64,000 nucleotides of DNA, from NCBI GenBank assembly GCA_963798845.1, contig CAWCUS010000006.1, positions 1,152,001-1,216,000 on the forward strand. The letters run 5' to 3'. Within the stretch, counting starts at the first letter, position 1. Each line of letters begins with the position of its first letter. The position numbers and the translations under genes are program-made. This DNA comes from an uncultured Gemmatimonadales bacterium (GTDB lineage Bacteria; Gemmatimonadota; Gemmatimonadetes; Longimicrobiales; RSA9). Below, one piece after another: positions 59,394-64,000 of this stretch. The notes under the pieces are model-generated. The model saw only the letters and a list, made by a program, of their open reading frames with translations, did not search any database and had not been told where the DNA came from.

Positions 59394-59556
59394 CGCCCGC
59401 ACCGACGTCATGGCCGTGGCCGCGGGCGAGATCGCGATCGTGCCCATGCACGTCGACGAGTACGATTCCGCGCTGGCCGAGCGGCTCCGGCGCCAGGTGG
59501 AGCTCATCCCTGAATGGACCCCATCGGCATCCGGCGCCCGCAGCGACGATTCATGA
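59394..59556 (+). pseudogene. Diverged internal fragment of a surE-like paralogue
   Basis: TDVMAVAAGEIAIVPMHVDEYDSALAERLRRQVELIPEW matches TDVGAVAAGEIAIVPMRVDEYDPALAERLRRRVELIPEW at about 54259-54375; no start codon context. Confidence 0.8.
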
Positions 59557-59617
59557 CCCGGTCCGACCCGACGCCGATCGGTTTGCCGTCGCGTGCGGAC
59601 ACATGGGGCGGTCCGCC

Positions 59618-61108
59618 CTATCCGGAGTGCAGTGGCTCCCGGGAGCGTGGGACGGCGGCGGCGATGCCGCGCAGCATGCGGCCGAAGACGAGCGAGTGGA
59701 TCGGCCAGAGGGCGTACCAGTAGGCCAGGCCGGCGAGGCCGGCGGGGTCGAAGAGTGCGGTCTGGCGGATGCGGGACCGGCCGTCGCCGTCGTCCTCCAC
59801 CTCGAACTGCAGCCAGGCGCGTCCCGGGAGGCGCATCTCGGCCCGCAGCCGCAACAGCCGATCGGGCTCGTACGCCTCGACGCGCCAGAAGTCGACCGCG
59901 TCACCGGGCAGCGGGGTGGCCGGGTCGCGCCGTCCTCGCCGGAGCCCGGGGCCGCCCACGAGCAGGTCGAGCAACCCGCGCAGCCGCCAGAGCGCATCGC
60001 CGAAGTACCAGCCCACGCGGCCCCCGACGCGGCGCACCGGCTCGAACGCCAGGTCGGGTGGCGCGGCGACCGTGACCTCCCGGGTGTCGACCAGGCGGGA
60101 GCCGAAGCGCTCGCCGCCGAACGGCTGCGGGTCGCCGGCGGCGGAGCGGGCGTCGGACCAGCGGGTGCGGGCGAAGTCGAGGTCCTCGCGGGCGAGGGAG
60201 CGGGCGATGGCGTCGGCCACGCCCATGGGTCGGATGGACGGGAAGAGCTCGCGGGCGCGGGTCGACTCGACGACCGTGTCGTAGCGCACGCTGTCGATGA
60301 GCTTGCGTCCGACCCGGGCGTAGATGGGCGTGACGAGGCCGAGCCAGAGCGACGACAGGCCGGGCGTCAGGACCGGCACGGGGAGGAAGACGCGGCGCAG
60401 CTCCCGCTGCCGGGCGTACTCCTCCATGAGGCCGCGGTAGGACACGCGCTCCTCGCCGCCGATCTCGACGACCTCCGGCTCCTCGAGCGGGACCGCCAGC
60501 GCGGCGACGAGGTAGTCGAGGACGTCTTCCACCGCGATGGGCTGCGCCAGCCGGTTCACCCAGCGCGGGGTGACCAGCACCGGGAGCCGCTCCACGAGCG
60601 CGCGGATCATCTCGAAGGAGAGGCTGCCGGAGCCGAGGATCACGGACGCGCGCAGCTCGATGGCGGGTGGCCCCTGCTCGCGCAGGACGCGACCCACTTC
60701 CTGCCGGCTGGCCAGGTGGGGCGAGAGGTCCGTGTCGTGGCCCAGCCCGCCCAGATAGATCACCCGGCCCACGCCCGCCTCCCTCGCGGCGCCCGCGAAG
60801 TTGGCGGCGGCCGCGCGGTCCTGCTCGCGGAAGTCGCCAGGCGAGCCCATGGAGTGGACGAGGTAGTAGGCCGCGTCCACGCCGTGCAGCGCGCCGTCGA
60901 GGGAGTCCCGATCGAGGACGTCTCCGCCCACCACCTCCAGGCCCGGGGGGACGCGCTGCCGGAGCTCTTCGGGGCGCCGCGTCATGGCGCGCACCTGGAA
61001 GCCGCGCTCCAGTAGGCGGCCGAGGAGCCGGCCGCCCACGTAGCCCGTGGCGCCGGTGAGGAGCACGATCATGCCCGGGCGCGCCCGGGGCCGTGCTTCG
61101 CCGCGCAC
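59618..61108 (-). CDS. NAD(P)-binding SDR plus DUF2867 protein (YbjT-like)
   Basis: TGATGYVGGRL, AYYLVHSM, HLASRQEVG, GSLSFEMIR, DFWRVE, AEMRLPGRAWL; start uncertain (61072, 61108 or 61147). Confidence 0.88.
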   Translation of the reverse strand: MRGEARPRARPGMIVLLTGATGYVGGRLLGRLLERGFQVRAMTRRPEELRQRVPPGLEVVGGDVLDRDSLDGALHGVDAAYYLVHSMGSPGDFREQDRAAAANFAGAAREAGVGRVIYLGGLGHDTDLSPHLASRQEVGRVLREQGPPAIELRASVILGSGSLSFEMIRALVERLPVLVTPRWVNRLAQPIAVEDVLDYLVAALAVPLEEPEVVEIGGEERVSYRGLMEEYARQRELRRVFLPVPVLTPGLSSLWLGLVTPIYARVGRKLIDSVRYDTVVESTRARELFPSIRPMGVADAIARSLAREDLDFARTRWSDARSAAGDPQPFGGERFGSRLVDTREVTVAAPPDLAFEPVRRVGGRVGWYFGDALWRLRGLLDLLVGGPGLRRGRRDPATPLPGDAVDFWRVEAYEPDRLLRLRAEMRLPGRAWLQFEVEDDGDGRSRIRQTALFDPAGLAGLAYWYALWPIHSLVFGRMLRGIAAAVPRSREPLHSG

Positions 61109-61326
61109 GTGCTCTCCTACCTGGAACGGATTCTCGGTCGCGGACATGGTTCCCGGGCTCGCAAGGGCGTCACGTTGGTTTCCGTGCCGCCAATCTGCGT
61201 GGAGGGGGCGGGCCATGCCACGACCCCATTATATGAGAGAACATTGATCCGGCGCCCGGCGGATCGCCATATTCACTGTTCGTTTTCCGGCCCCGGCCCC
61301 CTCAACCCGACTCCCCGGAGTTCCCC

Positions 61327-62724
61327 ATGCGCCCACACACGCACGCCGGTCATCCCCAGCACCACGAGGAAACAGCCCAGCACACTGGCGAGGGTCATCT
61401 ACACGCGGCGCCTGGCGGGCATCGAGAAGCCTACCAGGCGGCATACGAAGCGGCCCGGCCGGAGCCGGGCGGGAGCGTGGTGGTCGTCGAGCTCGAAGCC
61501 GCCCCGGCGGAATGGGAATTCGTCCCCGGAACACGTACGCACGTCTGGTCCTACAATGGCCGGATCCCGGGCCCGACGATCGAGGCGAACGTGGGCGACG
61601 TGCTGGAGGTGCGGCTGACGAACTCGCTCCCGGAGCCCACCACGATCCACTGGCACGGTCTGCGGATCCCGGCGGCAATGGATGGAACGGAGAACGTCCA
61701 GCACCCGATCGCGCCGGGGGAGACCTACACCTATCGATTTCTGCTCCCGGACGCCGGCACGTTCTGGTACCACCCGCACAGCAACGAGACGGTGCAGCTG
61801 GAGCGCGGCCTTTACGGCGCACTCGTCGTGCGCGGGCCCGACGAGCCGGTTCTCGACGCGGACCGGGTCCTGGTGCTGGACGACGTGGCGCTGGACCGCG
61901 ATGGACAGATCAAGCCTCCCGGCGGGTGGTTCGAGCAGCACGATGGGCGGCAGGGCGAGACGCGGCTGGTGAACGGCACCTGCGAGCCGACGCTCACCCT
62001 GGCCGCCGGGCAGGTGGAACGGTGGCGGATCGTGAACGCCGCCAGCGCACGGTACGTCCGTCTGTCGCTCGGCGGCAGGCCGTTCCGGATCATCGGCACC
62101 GACGGCGGGCTCATCCCGGCGCCCTTCGAAACGTCCGAAGTCCTGATCGCGCCGGCGGACCGCGTGGAACTGGCCGTCGGCCCGTTCGATGAAGGGGAAG
62201 TGCTGGACATGGAGTCGCTGCGCTTCAAGCGGGGGACGTTCCGTCGCCCGCGGCGGGAGCCGCTCGGGACCGTGCGCGTGGAAGCCGCGCGACCGTCGCG
62301 GGCTTCGCTTCCGGAGCGGCTGCGGCACATCGAGCCGCTTGCCACGCGAGACATGGCAGTCGACCGCGAGGTGGTGCTCGGGTTCAAGCTCAGTCGGAAG
62401 CGGGGCGTGGACTTCGTCATCAACCGCGAGTCGCACCACCGGGCCGAGCTGGTGGCGGTGGGGGACCTTCAGATCTGGGACATCGTCAACCGTTCGCCGG
62501 TTGATCACCCGTTCCACCTCCACGGCTTCTTCTTCCAGGTGCTGGAGGTCAACGGGGATCCGCCGCCGTTCCTTTCCTGGGAGGACACGGTCAACGTCCC
62601 GGCGCAGGGGCGGGTGCGCATCGCCTGGATGCCGGACGATCGGCCGGGCGAGTGGATGTACCACTGCCACATCCTGGAGCACCACGCCGGGGGGATGATG
62701 GCGCACTTCGCCGTCGTCCGATGA
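61327..62724 (+). CDS. Three-domain multicopper oxidase
   Basis: HWHG, WYHPH, HPFHLHG, HCHILEH...M copper motifs; His-rich N-terminus. Confidence 0.93.
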   Translation: MRPHTHAGHPQHHEETAQHTGEGHLHAAPGGHREAYQAAYEAARPEPGGSVVVVELEAAPAEWEFVPGTRTHVWSYNGRIPGPTIEANVGDVLEVRLTNSLPEPTTIHWHGLRIPAAMDGTENVQHPIAPGETYTYRFLLPDAGTFWYHPHSNETVQLERGLYGALVVRGPDEPVLDADRVLVLDDVALDRDGQIKPPGGWFEQHDGRQGETRLVNGTCEPTLTLAAGQVERWRIVNAASARYVRLSLGGRPFRIIGTDGGLIPAPFETSEVLIAPADRVELAVGPFDEGEVLDMESLRFKRGTFRRPRREPLGTVRVEAARPSRASLPERLRHIEPLATRDMAVDREVVLGFKLSRKRGVDFVINRESHHRAELVAVGDLQIWDIVNRSPVDHPFHLHGFFFQVLEVNGDPPPFLSWEDTVNVPAQGRVRIAWMPDDRPGEWMYHCHILEHHAGGMMAHFAVVR

Positions 62725-62935
62725 ACGTCGCGCCGCCCTGACGGCGGAGGCGGCGGCAGAGGCGAGGTGCGGGTTGGTTGCACGATCCACGGCCTCGCTC
62801 GCGACACGGTACCGGGTTGGCGAGGCGAGCGCTCCCCGCGGCAGTGCCGCTCGCCCGTTGCGTTTCCCGGCGCGGGGGAGCATGCTGGAGCACCGCCCGC
62901 CTCCGGCACGGGCCACCGTGCGCAGGGGAGCCGCC

Positions 62936-64000
62936 ATGGGCCACACCGTCGGGAAGGACGTCTACCGCCAGCTGGGCCGCAAGCTCGACGGTCTGACCGT
63001 GCGCGCGCCGTGGAGCGGGAGGCTCCGCAGCCTGCTCGAGGAGCTGTACAGCGAGGAGGACGCGCGCCTGATCGCGGCCATGCCGTGGGGGTTCTCCACC
63101 CTTTCGCGGCTGGAGGAAGTCACGGGCGTGGGCCGCTCGGAGCTGGAGCGGCTGCTCGCGAGCCTCTGTCCCCGGGGACTGGTCATCGACGTGTGGGCGG
63201 GCGGGGCGTACCGCTACGCTCCGTCGCCCATGGTGATCGGGGTCTTCGAGTTCACCATGATGCGGACGGGCGGCAAGCTGCCGTACGACCGGTGGTCGGC
63301 GCTGTTCCGGGACTACCTGGAGGAGGGGCCGTTCGCCGAAGCCATGTTCGGGGACGGGAAGAGGGTCTCCATCATGCGCGCGGTCCCGCACGACGGCTCG
63401 ATCCGGCCGGAAGAGTACGTGGAGGTGCTGGACTACGAGAAGGCGGCGGCGATCGTGGACGCCACGGACCGCTTCGCCATCGGCCTCTGCTCGTGCCGCC
63501 ACGAGCACCGCCACCTGGGGGTCAACGACTGCGACGCGCCGCTGGAGACCTGCTCCACGCTGGGCGGCCGCTCCGTGGATTACATGGTCCGGAACGGTCT
63601 GGCGCGCGAGGTATCGAAGCAGGAGATGCTGGAGAACGTCGAGCGGTCGCGGGAGCTCGGGCTGGTCATCAACGCCGACAACGTGCAGCGCGATGTGAGC
63701 TTCTTCTGCCATTGCTGCGGCTGCTGCTGCAACGTGCTGGGCGGGATCAACCGGCACGGCTACACCAACGCGGTGGTCACCTCCAACTGGATCGCCGAGT
63801 CGGACCCGGAGAAGTGCATCGGGTGCGGGATCTGCTCCCGTCAGTGCCCCATCGGCGCCATCGACAGGGTGCCGGACCCGGACCCGAAGTACCGGAAGTT
63901 CGGCCGGCCGGTGGTGAACCAGGAGCTGTGCCTCGGCTGCGGCGTGTGCACCGTCCGGTGCAAGCCGGGCGCGATGCGCCTGACGCACCGGGAGCAGCGC
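62936..64000 (+). CDS. 4Fe-4S dicluster (ferredoxin-like) protein, runs off window edge
   Basis: Manual translation from ATG 62936: MGHTVGKDVYRQLG...GVFEF...CSCRH...LETC...FCHCCGCCC...CIGCGICSRQCP...CLGCGVCTVRC. Confidence 0.85.
   Translation, partial: MGHTVGKDVYRQLGRKLDGLTVRAPWSGRLRSLLEELYSEEDARLIAAMPWGFSTLSRLEEVTGVGRSELERLLASLCPRGLVIDVWAGGAYRYAPSPMVIGVFEFTMMRTGGKLPYDRWSALFRDYLEEGPFAEAMFGDGKRVSIMRAVPHDGSIRPEEYVEVLDYEKAAAIVDATDRFAIGLCSCRHEHRHLGVNDCDAPLETCSTLGGRSVDYMVRNGLAREVSKQEMLENVERSRELGLVINADNVQRDVSFFCHCCGCCCNVLGGINRHGYTNAVVTSNWIAESDPEKCIGCGICSRQCPIGAIDRVPDPDPKYRKFGRPVVNQELCLGCGVCTVRCKPGAMRLTHREQR

Noticed and set aside
54250..59556. surE repeat pair as DGR template and variable repeats
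   Set aside because: Mismatches are mostly synonymous C/G changes, not adenine-specific.

Overview
A very GC-rich bacterial chromosome segment; the gene repertoire (SprA-like protein beside lptF/lptG, two ECF/zf-HC2 pairs, many AxA|Q signal peptides) suggests Gemmatimonadota/FCB group, which is inference. Positions 1-52190 are mostly core genes: apgM, an M16 peptidase pair, NUDIX, holA, thrC, pepP, a TetR-regulated RND pump, metH, a YitJ-like gene, dapF, lptFG, sprA-like, an M28 glutaminyl-cyclase-like enzyme, comEA and pilBTC. Positions 52190-64000 are accessory: LuxR/SurE, a complete IS256-family element, a truncated toxin-antitoxin pair, gene remnants, a multicopper oxidase and an Fe-S protein. 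The most striking signal is in the methionine operon. A four-helix-bundle (IVP/Avd-like) gene sits between metH and yitJ inside ~58-bp inverted arms built from C-GNA-G mini-hairpins. Two more arrays of the same repeat family lie inside metH as ~90-100-codon loop insertions read in the same frame (PLRG[DE]S...). Related hairpin arrays occur in intergenic regions elsewhere. Six single-base frameshifts, four in C-runs, are probably sequencing or assembly errors. No rRNA, tRNA or CRISPR array is supported.
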